From Candidatus Cloacimonadota bacterium (lineage in GTDB: Bacteria > Cloacimonadota > Cloacimonadia > Cloacimonadales > Cloacimonadaceae): a DNA stretch of 64,000 bases. The stretch is taken from assembly GCA_012728875.1 (NCBI GenBank), contig JAAYEF010000027.1:16546-80545 (forward strand), read 5' to 3'. Every line of letters begins with the position of its first letter. The first letter of the stretch is position 1. Positions 56,214 through 63,657 of the stretch are shown piece after piece. Under the pieces are notes generated by a model. The model was given only the letters and a program-made list of their open reading frames with translations. It ran no database searches and had not been told where the DNA came from. The position numbers and the translations under genes were made by a program.

Positions 56214-57839
56214 TCAGGGTGACAGCAGTACTTTTTTGCTGCCGGGCTGCTTTTCGAGGGAAATCAGGTAAACCCCAGGGGGACAGATGGTCCCACCATC
56301 GCTGCGTCCATCCCAGGTCCAGCCGGATCTTGTTTGTGCGGGCAGGGTTCTCACTTTTTGTCCCTTGGAATTGTAGATGGAAAGCGAGCCGGCGGAGGGA
56401 AGCTTGGATTTGATGTAAAGCGTTTGTTTGAAAGGGTTTGGGTGGCAGGAAAGAGCGGGTGCAGCGGGGATGCTTTCGCTTGGAACAGAGCTTGCGGAAA
56501 AGTCGTAGCAGGCGATGAAGCCGCTTTGACGAAAGTCTGAGCCGCTGTCCAAAACTATGCCGCCCAGCTCCATGGATCCGCAATACCAGCCGCAGGAAAA
56601 CTCCAAAAAGGCGTCGTGACGCACCACGTCGGCAATCACGTCGGTGTTTTGGCTGCCAAACCAGGAGAGAGCGGGTTCCTCAAATTCGCGGATCAGCAGG
56701 CAATCCCAACTGCCCTGAGCGCTGGCAGCAAAGCCTTGATGGTAAAGGCTTTCTTCGAATGACGCCGCCAGGCTGTAGCCAAAGCTGTCGTGCACAAAAA
56801 CGGCTCTGCCCTTGTCTGAACCGGGGCTGCCAAAGAGTTGAACGTTTGTCCAGCTATCTTCCGCAAAGCTGTATTCCGCCAGGAAGATATCGTCGGAAAA
56901 GTCCATGCTGGAATAGGTTTTTCCATCAAAGAGCGCGTCTCCGGTGACCCTTCCGGTCAGCAATACTCTGTTCTCATCCGGGTTTTGTTTGGAAACTCCG
57001 ATGTTGATGGGGTTGGCTCCCGCGGCGGAGTTTTGGCGCAGGATGTTGCCTTCGGAGTCGTAAACCGCGAGATACATGCCGGTTTGGCTTTGGGTGAGTC
57101 CATCGAAGTTCGCTCCCGCGGATGCGGTTCCTGTGGCATAGATTCTGCCGTCCTGACCCAGATCCACCTTGAAGCCATAATCCACCCCGATTCCACCGCC
57201 GTGACGCGCCCAAAGGCAGTTTCCATCAGGGTCAAAGCGCGCCAGAAACATGTCACTGCCGCCGTAGGATTCCAGCACGATGCCGTTGCCAAAGTCGATG
57301 GAATCTGCAAACCAGCCGGTGATCACGAAGTGGTCGGTGGCGTCCACCGCCATGCCGTAGCCCAGGTCGTTCAGCACTCCGCCAAAGCTTTTGAGCCACT
57401 GGAGATTGCCGTTGTCATCCAGCTTTCCGTAAAAGACATCCCACATTCCGTGGGAGACGAGTTCATAGTTCTCCACTGCCATGGTCCCGCTGAAATATCC
57501 GGTGAAAAAGCAGTTTTCCCAGTCGTTGGAACCCGTTGCCACAGAGAAACATACGTCTTCTTCCGGCGAGCCGAAGCTGCGGAACCAGAGTTCCTGTCCG
57601 TCGGCGGAATATTTTGCCACATAGGCGTCGGGTTCGCCCACAGCGGGATATTCCTTGCCCAAAAAGGTCATGGTTTCGCTGAATTGGCCAGCCACCCACA
57701 GCACATCGCAGGAGGGTGAGGACGCCATATCCCAGGCTCTGACTTCAGCAGCGTCCAAGCTCTTTGCCCAGGTCCACGCACCGGCGGAAAGCAGGGTGTA
57801 GGCGCAGAAAAGAGCGAGCATAAGGGTGAGTATTTTCAT
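56214..57839 (-). CDS. Secreted beta-propeller-repeat (SBBP-like) protein with a C-terminal T9SS type-A / FlgD-Ig-like sorting domain
   Basis: Signal peptide. Recurring FGG..xDxGxxxxxDxxGxxxxTG repeats. The last ~80 aa (CHPNPFKQTLYI...LSIYNSKGQKVRTL...WTWDGRSDGG...PPGVYLISL) fit the PNPF/IYd.G..V/WDG/GVY pattern. Confidence 0.7.
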   Translation of the reverse strand: MKILTLMLALFCAYTLLSAGAWTWAKSLDAAEVRAWDMASSPSCDVLWVAGQFSETMTFLGKEYPAVGEPDAYVAKYSADGQELWFRSFGSPEEDVCFSVATGSNDWENCFFTGYFSGTMAVENYELVSHGMWDVFYGKLDDNGNLQWLKSFGGVLNDLGYGMAVDATDHFVITGWFADSIDFGNGIVLESYGGSDMFLARFDPDGNCLWARHGGGIGVDYGFKVDLGQDGRIYATGTASAGANFDGLTQSQTGMYLAVYDSEGNILRQNSAAGANPINIGVSKQNPDENRVLLTGRVTGDALFDGKTYSSMDFSDDIFLAEYSFAEDSWTNVQLFGSPGSDKGRAVFVHDSFGYSLAASFEESLYHQGFAASAQGSWDCLLIREFEEPALSWFGSQNTDVIADVVRHDAFLEFSCGWYCGSMELGGIVLDSGSDFRQSGFIACYDFSASSVPSESIPAAPALSCHPNPFKQTLYIKSKLPSAGSLSIYNSKGQKVRTLPAQTRSGWTWDGRSDGGTICPPGVYLISLEKQPGSKKVLLSP

Positions 57840-57858
57840 CTGTAAACCTTTATAATAT

Positions 57859-58842
57859 TCAATCGAAATCGCTGTCCGCAGCGTCGAAAAGCTTTCCTAT
57901 GAAATAGGGGAAAGCGCCGGTTTCCAATCCGATTCCAACGTGGAAGCCCAAACCTTCAAAGGCGGCATTGCGGGAGGGTGCGCCCACGGGGATGGAAGGC
58001 TGGGGCAGGTCCGCACCGTCCACCATCCAATCCCGGATATCCTGATTTGCATACCAGTTTCCGCCCAATGCTTGCTGGTAGCGGGCTCCGGCGTGGAGGT
58101 TTAGATAGTGGTGTTTGGCGAGCCTGACTCCCAGTTGCAGCCTGGCTTCTGCGCCCCACTGTCCGTCCCAGATTCTGTAAGTTCGCTGTTTTCCTTCCGA
58201 AAAGGAGCAGACGTAGCTGTGGTAGCCAATTTCGCTTTGCAGGGGTCTTTGGAAGCCGTAGTGGCCGGCAAGTTCAAGCTGCGCGTGGAGCACGCCGCCG
58301 GGGGAAAGCTGCGCCACACCGAGGTTCAAGCTGGCAAGGTCGAGGAGGATGCCCATGTCGGTGGAACTGCGGTCGGAGTCATCCAAAACAGGGCTGGGGG
58401 TTTCCCAACTGAAAACGGCTTTGTCCAAGAGGCTGGCACCTGCCATGAGGGCAGGATATTCCACACTGTTTGGTCGGGAAGCTTCCTGCCGCCAGAGGTT
58501 TATGGCTTTGAAGCGGAAGCCGCTGACGCTGAGGGCATTGCTTTGACTTTGGTAAATGTTTTCTCCGCTTGAAAGCGAAAAATGGTGGTTGGCTTCAAAA
58601 TTTGCCAGTGGCATGAGGGCAAAATGCCAAACGTATTCCTGACGGCGCTGGGCTTTCAGGGCTTCATGGGAATGGCTTTGAGCCAAAATATGCAGGGGAA
58701 GCAGGCTGAACAGGATCCAAAGAATCAGGCTCAGGGGGAGGCTTCGCTGCGGATTGTGCTCAGCGAGCAAGGTTTTCGATTTTATTATCATAAGGTGGCA
58801 TCCATGTTTTTTCCACAAGAGCGGGCAGGGGGCTGGCGTCAA
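57859..58842 (-). CDS. Hypothetical secreted / outer-membrane protein
   Basis: Hydrophobic signal-like segment (LPLSLILWILFSLLPLHILAQS) and a beta-strand-rich, aromatic-rich sequence. The start is uncertain (Met at 58842 or 58791). No family recognised. Confidence 0.45.
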   Translation of the reverse strand: MTPAPCPLLWKKHGCHLMIIKSKTLLAEHNPQRSLPLSLILWILFSLLPLHILAQSHSHEALKAQRRQEYVWHFALMPLANFEANHHFSLSSGENIYQSQSNALSVSGFRFKAINLWRQEASRPNSVEYPALMAGASLLDKAVFSWETPSPVLDDSDRSSTDMGILLDLASLNLGVAQLSPGGVLHAQLELAGHYGFQRPLQSEIGYHSYVCSFSEGKQRTYRIWDGQWGAEARLQLGVRLAKHHYLNLHAGARYQQALGGNWYANQDIRDWMVDGADLPQPSIPVGAPSRNAAFEGLGFHVGIGLETGAFPYFIGKLFDAADSDFD

Positions 58843-58971
58843 GCCTTTTTTTGGATTGAGCGGGGTTCACAGCGTTTCCACAAGGCAGATTTTTGGAATG
58901 GCAAATAAATGCTTGACTGATAAAGGCAGTTAAATCATATGGACTCCATCAAAGTAAACAGGTGACACTGA

Positions 58972-59319
58972 ATGACTTTACAGGAAATTGTAGAAATATT
59001 GGAAGGCGAAGTGCTTTTCGCCGGATCCGGATTGGACGTGGAAGTTCCCTGTGCTTTTGCGTCGGACCTGATCAGCGACATCCTTATGTGCACCAAAGAA
59101 CCCACCCTTTTGCTTACCGGCCTCACAAACAATCAGGTGATCCGTCTTTCTGATATGATCGACATCATTGCCGTGATCTTTGTGCGCGGAAAGCGTCCCT
59201 TGGATGAAATCACCGAAATGGCGATGGAGCGTGGGCTTCCCCTGATTTGCACAGACTTAACCATGTATCGCTCCAGCGGACTTTTATATGGCGCGGGCCT
59301 TCGCAGCTGCAAGATCTGA
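58972..59319 (+). CDS. DRTGG-domain protein (copy 1)
   Basis: 115 aa. ASDLISDILM...LLLTGLTNNQVIRLSDMIDIIAVIFVRGKRP...MERGLPLICT matches the small DRTGG proteins that accompany [FeFe]-hydrogenase clusters. Paralogous to 61108-61446. Confidence 0.7.
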   Translation: MTLQEIVEILEGEVLFAGSGLDVEVPCAFASDLISDILMCTKEPTLLLTGLTNNQVIRLSDMIDIIAVIFVRGKRPLDEITEMAMERGLPLICTDLTMYRSSGLLYGAGLRSCKI

Positions 59320-59320
59320 T

Positions 59321-59821
59321 ATGGCTGAATATCTGCACATCCAAAGTGGACGTGAACAAGCCGTGAGGGATTTCATCGAAAAGCCCCCGGAGGCGGATGT
59401 ATCCTTGGACTCACCCATCCCGGAAAAGGATTTCAACAGCGCCGGCAAGGGCTCGGCGGAGGTGAAAAACCTGCTGAAACGCCTGGGAGTGAACCCGGAA
59501 GTGCTTCGCAGGGTGGCGGTCTCGGCTTATGAAGCGGAAATAAATGTGGCGGCTCATTCCCAGGGAGGAGAGATGCTGAGCCACATCTATCCAGACATGA
59601 TTCACGTGGTTTTCAATGACGAAGGTCCCGGAATTGCAGACATCGAACAGGCAATGGTACCGGGATATTCAACGGCGGACGAAATGGTGCGCGAGCTTGG
59701 CTTTGGCGCCGGTTTGGGATTGCCAAACATCAAAAAGAACGCTGATGCCCTGCGCATTCGTTCGGAGGCAAATGGAAAGACGCAATTGGAGTTTCTGATC
59801 TTTTTTAATAGCGATGAATAA
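59321..59821 (+). CDS. Stand-alone GHKL/HATPase_c protein (RsbW/anti-sigma-kinase-like)
   Basis: N box (YEAEINVAAH), G1 box (DEGPGI) and G2 box (GFGAGLGLPNIKK). No DHp/His-phosphotransfer or sensor domain. ATG at 59321 lies 1 nt after the preceding stop. Confidence 0.7.
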   Translation: MAEYLHIQSGREQAVRDFIEKPPEADVSLDSPIPEKDFNSAGKGSAEVKNLLKRLGVNPEVLRRVAVSAYEAEINVAAHSQGGEMLSHIYPDMIHVVFNDEGPGIADIEQAMVPGYSTADEMVRELGFGAGLGLPNIKKNADALRIRSEANGKTQLEFLIFFNSDE

Positions 59822-61091
59822 AGAAGAAAGCCAATATTACCACGCTTTGTATATTTTGCCGGACAACTGCACCGGATGCACTGCCTGTGTGCGGGTTTGT
59901 CCCACAGAGGCGATCCGCGTTCGCGACCGTAAGGCTTGGATCGACCCAAACCGCTGTGTGGACTGCGGCAAGTGCATCGAGGTGTGTGAGTTCCACGCAA
60001 TTTTGCCCCACAGCGATCCGCTGGATTTGATCCAGAATTTCAAATACAGGATTGCCATTTTGTCATCATCCTACTTTGGGCAGTTCACTGAAGACATTTC
60101 CTATGAGGTGGCAAAGCAGGCGGTTTTTGAGCTTGGCTTCGACGAAGTGCAGGAAGAGGCGATGGTGACCGAATTCATGATCAGCATGATTCGGGACTAC
60201 ATCCGCGGAAACAGGGCCAAACGCCCCATCCTTTCCAGCAACTGTCCCACCGTGGTGCGCCTGGTGCAGCTGAAATATCCTTCGCTGCTCCCCAACCTTT
60301 TCCACCTGGAAGCGCCGATGAGCATACTCACAAGCTATATACGCGAACGGGTGATGGAGGAAAAAGGCATTCCGGAAGAGGATATCGGCATCTTTTTGAT
60401 CGTGCCCTGTCCAGCCCACATGACGGCGGTTCACCAGCCTGAAGGCGCATACAAACGCCTGCAGGACGGCGCTTTTTCCATCGGCATGATCTATGGCAGG
60501 GTGCATGAGCATTTGAAAAACCTGCAAAACAATCCGCCGCAGATAGATACATATCCGAAAGGGCTCACCTGGGCGCTTTCCGGAGTGCAGGCAGAATTGG
60601 TTGATTGCGAAGACATTCGCACACTTTCGGTGAACGGCGTGGAAAACGTGATGGAAATCCTTTCCAGAGTGGAGGACCACTATCTGGATCAATATGACTA
60701 CATCGTTTTGCGCAGCTGCACAAACGGCTGTGTGGGCGGATCTTTCAACGTGGAAAACCCCTTTGTGGCGATGAGCCGGATCAAGAAAATGATCAAGGAA
60801 GGGGAAAACGCCGGGCTGGATACCCAGGGCTTGGAAAAGCTTTACCAACAGGGAGAGTTCGACGTTTCGCCGCTGGCGCCGCGTTCGATCTTGGAACTGG
60901 ATAAAGACATCAAAAAAGCGATTATGAAGATGAAAAAGCTGAACGAGATCCTGACCACACTGCCGGGCTTGAACTGCTGTGCCTGCGGATCTCCCAGCTG
61001 CTATGCCCTGGCGGAAGACATCGTTCAGGGAAAAGCCACAATCGACGACTGTGTGGTGCTGCTCAGGCGCCACAGCAAGGAAGAGGATTAA
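59814..61091 (+). CDS. [FeFe]-hydrogenase-like Fe-S protein (HydS-type putative sensor; 2x[4Fe-4S] ferredoxin + degenerate H-domain + C-terminal Cys-rich FeS domain)
   Basis: CTGCTACVRVCP...CVDCGKCIEVC ferredoxin motifs. H-cluster-like motifs SSNCP, VPCPAH and SCTNGCVGG. C-terminal CCACGSPSCYALAEDIV...DDC motif. Confidence 0.7.
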   Translation: MNKEESQYYHALYILPDNCTGCTACVRVCPTEAIRVRDRKAWIDPNRCVDCGKCIEVCEFHAILPHSDPLDLIQNFKYRIAILSSSYFGQFTEDISYEVAKQAVFELGFDEVQEEAMVTEFMISMIRDYIRGNRAKRPILSSNCPTVVRLVQLKYPSLLPNLFHLEAPMSILTSYIRERVMEEKGIPEEDIGIFLIVPCPAHMTAVHQPEGAYKRLQDGAFSIGMIYGRVHEHLKNLQNNPPQIDTYPKGLTWALSGVQAELVDCEDIRTLSVNGVENVMEILSRVEDHYLDQYDYIVLRSCTNGCVGGSFNVENPFVAMSRIKKMIKEGENAGLDTQGLEKLYQQGEFDVSPLAPRSILELDKDIKKAIMKMKKLNEILTTLPGLNCCACGSPSCYALAEDIVQGKATIDDCVVLLRRHSKEED

Positions 61092-61107
61092 GAAGGAAAA
61101 AGGAAAA

Positions 61108-61446
61108 ATGGTAAATTTGGCAGAATTCATGGCCGCGGTGGAGGGGACGAATCACACCCCTGAAGTGGACCCCGAAAAGGTTCAGATCACCGGCGGCTAT
61201 GTGTGCGACATGCTTAGCGACGTGATGGGCTCCGCCCGGGAAGGGCAGGCTTGGATCACGATCATGAAACACCTGAACACCGTGGCTGTGGCTGCGCTCA
61301 CGGGAATCCCCGCCATTGTTTTTTCCAAAGGAAATGTTCCGGAAGAAAACGTGGTGGAAAAGGCAACATCCGAAGGGATCTGCCTGATTTCCAGCGGCTT
61401 GGACAGCTTCAGCCTGGCTGGAATCCTGTACGGGATGCTAAACTGA
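61108..61446 (+). CDS. DRTGG-domain protein (copy 2)
   Basis: 112 aa. GGYVCDMLSDVMGSAREGQAWITIMKHLNTVAVAALTGIPAIVFSKGNVPEENVVEKATSEGICLISS. The internal ATG at 61108 follows AAGGAAAAAGGA. Confidence 0.7.
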   Translation: MVNLAEFMAAVEGTNHTPEVDPEKVQITGGYVCDMLSDVMGSAREGQAWITIMKHLNTVAVAALTGIPAIVFSKGNVPEENVVEKATSEGICLISSGLDSFSLAGILYGMLN

Positions 61447-61458
61447 ACAAAGCGCGCG

Positions 61459-62196
61459 ATGCGATGGTTCACGGCGGATCTGCACATTCATTCGGTTCTT
61501 TCACCCTGCGGCGGCTTGGAAATGTCGCCCAAAGAGGTGGTGGAGCGCGCAAAGGCCTGCGGAATAGACTGGATGGCGATCACAGACCATAACTCCCTGG
61601 CAAACTGCCCCGCCTATGAAGCTGCCGCCAAAGCCGGCGGACTTGGCTTCACCTGGGGTGTGGAAGTGCAAACCTCGGAAGAGATCCATCTGCTGGTGTA
61701 TTTTGACGATCGTGAACAGGCTAAAGCCTTTGGGAATGAACTGCATGGCTCACTTTTGCCGATTGACAACGACCCTGATTTTTTTGGGGATCAAGTAATC
61801 ATTGACGAAAATGGCAACATTCTAGGAATGGAACAACGGGCACTGATAAACTCTTCCGTATGGGATTTGCAAAGTGCTGTGGAAACAGCCCGCACTTACG
61901 GAGGATACTGCGTTCCCGCCCATGTGGACGCCGAGGTGAACAGCCTTTTTGGACAGCTTGGATTTTTGCCGCCGGAGCCACGGTTTGATCTGTTTGGCAT
62001 CACGGCCGGCTTGCAGTTGGACGGCTTTTTGGCTTTGCATCCGGAGCTGGATGGCAAAAGCTTTCTGCGCTGTTCAGATGCACACTATCTGGCTGATCTG
62101 GGCTCGGGAAGCAGCAGGATTTACGCCCAAAGCCCCAGTGCGGAAGAGCTTGCCAAAGCCGCTCTGGGCATTGAAAAACGACAAATCTTAGTATAA
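61459..62196 (+). CDS. PHP-domain metal-dependent phosphoesterase
   Basis: ADLHIHSVLSPCG N-terminal PHP motif, ITDHNS, and later HV/H-containing motifs. 245 aa. Confidence 0.8.
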   Translation: MRWFTADLHIHSVLSPCGGLEMSPKEVVERAKACGIDWMAITDHNSLANCPAYEAAAKAGGLGFTWGVEVQTSEEIHLLVYFDDREQAKAFGNELHGSLLPIDNDPDFFGDQVIIDENGNILGMEQRALINSSVWDLQSAVETARTYGGYCVPAHVDAEVNSLFGQLGFLPPEPRFDLFGITAGLQLDGFLALHPELDGKSFLRCSDAHYLADLGSGSSRIYAQSPSAEELAKAALGIEKRQILV

Positions 62197-62215
62197 AATA
62201 TAGAGACAGGAGGAG

Positions 62216-62701
62216 TTGATGACTCCCGCTACACAGCAAGACAATCTGTTGTATGACCAACTGAGAGAGGTCATCGCAGCCAGCCGGGAACTGCGCAATC
62301 CGCTGATCGAGGTTTTGCGCCAGGCCCAAGAGATCTTTGGTTACCTGCCGGTTGAAGTGCAGGAATTCATTGCCCGGGAGATGAATATCCCGGCTAACAA
62401 GGTATTCGGAGTTGTAACTTTTTACAACTTTTTCACCATGACCCCACGCGGAAAATACACCCTGAACATCTGCATGGGCACGGCGTGCTATGTGAAAGGC
62501 GCACCAAAGCTGGCTCAGATGATCGAGGAAGAGCTGGGCGTGAAAGTGGGTGAAACCACCCAGGATAATCGCTTCACCGTCAGTGCTGTTCGCTGCGTTG
62601 GAGCCTGCTCTTTGGCACCTGTTTTTGTGATTGGCGATGAGGCCTACGGGCGCGTTGACACGCGCGACAAGCTATCCGAGATCCTCAAAAAATACGAATA
62701 G
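62216..62701 (+). CDS. NuoE/HydC-type thioredoxin-like [2Fe-2S] subunit
   Basis: CMGTACYVKG and VRCVGACSLAPV cluster-binding motifs. 161 aa. Confidence 0.85.
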   Translation: MMTPATQQDNLLYDQLREVIAASRELRNPLIEVLRQAQEIFGYLPVEVQEFIAREMNIPANKVFGVVTFYNFFTMTPRGKYTLNICMGTACYVKGAPKLAQMIEEELGVKVGETTQDNRFTVSAVRCVGACSLAPVFVIGDEAYGRVDTRDKLSEILKKYE

Positions 62702-62708
62702 GCTGCAA

Positions 62709-63278
62709 ATGCAAGATATTTCCCTGCATCTGCTGGACATCATCGAAAACAGCGTACGTGCCAAAGCCCGGAACATCAAGGTCCGCGTGATCAAGGATGT
62801 GGGTTCAAACCTTCTGCGCATCATCGTGGAAGACAACGGCACCGGCATGGACAGCGAAACCCTGGCAATGGCCCAGGACCCTTTTTACACGAGCAAGGGC
62901 GAGCGTGAAAAGAAGGTTGGGTTGGGGATTCCGCTGTTCAAACAAAACGCGGAGATGAGCAATGGATCGTTCAAAATGAGCAGCCAGCCGGGTTTCGGCA
63001 CTGTTCTCACAGTGGATTTTGAACTGAACCACATCGACCGCATGCCTTTGGGCAACCTGAAAGCCACCCTGTTGGGCGCCATCATCGGGCACCCCGAGGT
63101 GGATTTTCACATCATTTTGATCCACTGTGAACGTGGCCGCGAATATTCCTTCCACTTTGAAACCGCGGCCATCAAGGAAGAGCTGGGCGACATTCCGCTC
63201 ACCTATCCCGATGTGATCGAATACATCGACCAATCTTTAAATGAAGGAATACAAAATACAAGCATGGAGAATGTCTGA
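62709..63278 (+). CDS. Stand-alone GHKL/HATPase_c protein (second copy, different subfamily)
   Basis: LLDIIENSVRAKA (N box), VEDNGTGM (G1), GLGIPLFKQ (G2). No DHp domain. Internal ATG at 62709. Confidence 0.7.
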   Translation: MQDISLHLLDIIENSVRAKARNIKVRVIKDVGSNLLRIIVEDNGTGMDSETLAMAQDPFYTSKGEREKKVGLGIPLFKQNAEMSNGSFKMSSQPGFGTVLTVDFELNHIDRMPLGNLKATLLGAIIGHPEVDFHIILIHCERGREYSFHFETAAIKEELGDIPLTYPDVIEYIDQSLNEGIQNTSMENV

Positions 63279-63643
63279 TGAAAACACTTGCAGACCTCAA
63301 AAAAATCCGTGAAAAAGCCCAGGAAGAGATGAAGCTTCGTGGCGGCAGCGTTCGCGTCAAAATCGTGGTGGGGATGGGAACATCCGGCATCGCAATGGGC
63401 GCTCGTGAAGTCATGAAGACCTTTCTGGAAGAGATTTCGAACCGTAGCCTCACCGACGTCCTGGTCACCCAAACCGGTGAAAAAGGGCTGGCCTCGATGG
63501 AGCCCGTGGTGGACGTGATCGAAGAAGGCAAACCCAAAGTCACCTACGGGAACATGAATCCCGACAAGGTCAGAAAGGTGGTTGTTGAACACATCGTGAA
63601 TGGCAGAATCGTCTCCGATTATGTGGTTGCCACAGGCAGCTGA
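63278..63643 (+). CDS. Cysteine-free paralog of the thioredoxin-like [2Fe-2S] ferredoxin domain
   Basis: 121 aa with zero Cys. Aligns by eye with the N-terminus of the next gene (GMGTSGIAMGA against CCGSGCVSAGA; TGEKGLASMEP against TGCMGPCDYGP). Confidence 0.6.
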   Translation: MKTLADLKKIREKAQEEMKLRGGSVRVKIVVGMGTSGIAMGAREVMKTFLEEISNRSLTDVLVTQTGEKGLASMEPVVDVIEEGKPKVTYGNMNPDKVRKVVVEHIVNGRIVSDYVVATGS

Positions 63644-63657
63644 TCCGGGAGGTACGA

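Noticed and set aside
1317-61130. Dozens of long ORFs on the strand opposite the annotated genes. Examples are 1317-2225, 3989-4978, 5634-6887, 8934-10058, 10073-11071, 11098-14100, 14070-15467, 16281-17384, 19934-20902, 22322-24064, 24178-25500, 25700-27013, 41691-42824, 43834-44730, 49063-50325 and 60066-61130.
   Set aside because: They are codon-aligned shadows of genes whose sense-strand products carry unambiguous family motifs. Their translations are low-complexity (rich in His, Gly, Ala, Gln and Phe) with no recognisable motifs, signal peptides or RBS. I treat them as a by-product of TTA/CTA/TCA avoidance (see the finding), not as genes.
17051-62708. N-terminal extensions given in the ORF track for several genes (starts at 17051, 21754, 25616, 30618, 48001, 49027, 59288, 60979 and 62631).
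   Set aside because: Each extension overlaps the preceding gene by 30-150 nt and encodes non-conserved, Arg/Pro-rich sequence. Internal starts (17174, 21832, 25682, 30660, 48046, 49147, 59321, 61108, 62709) have an RBS and/or stop-start overlap and give native-looking N-termini.
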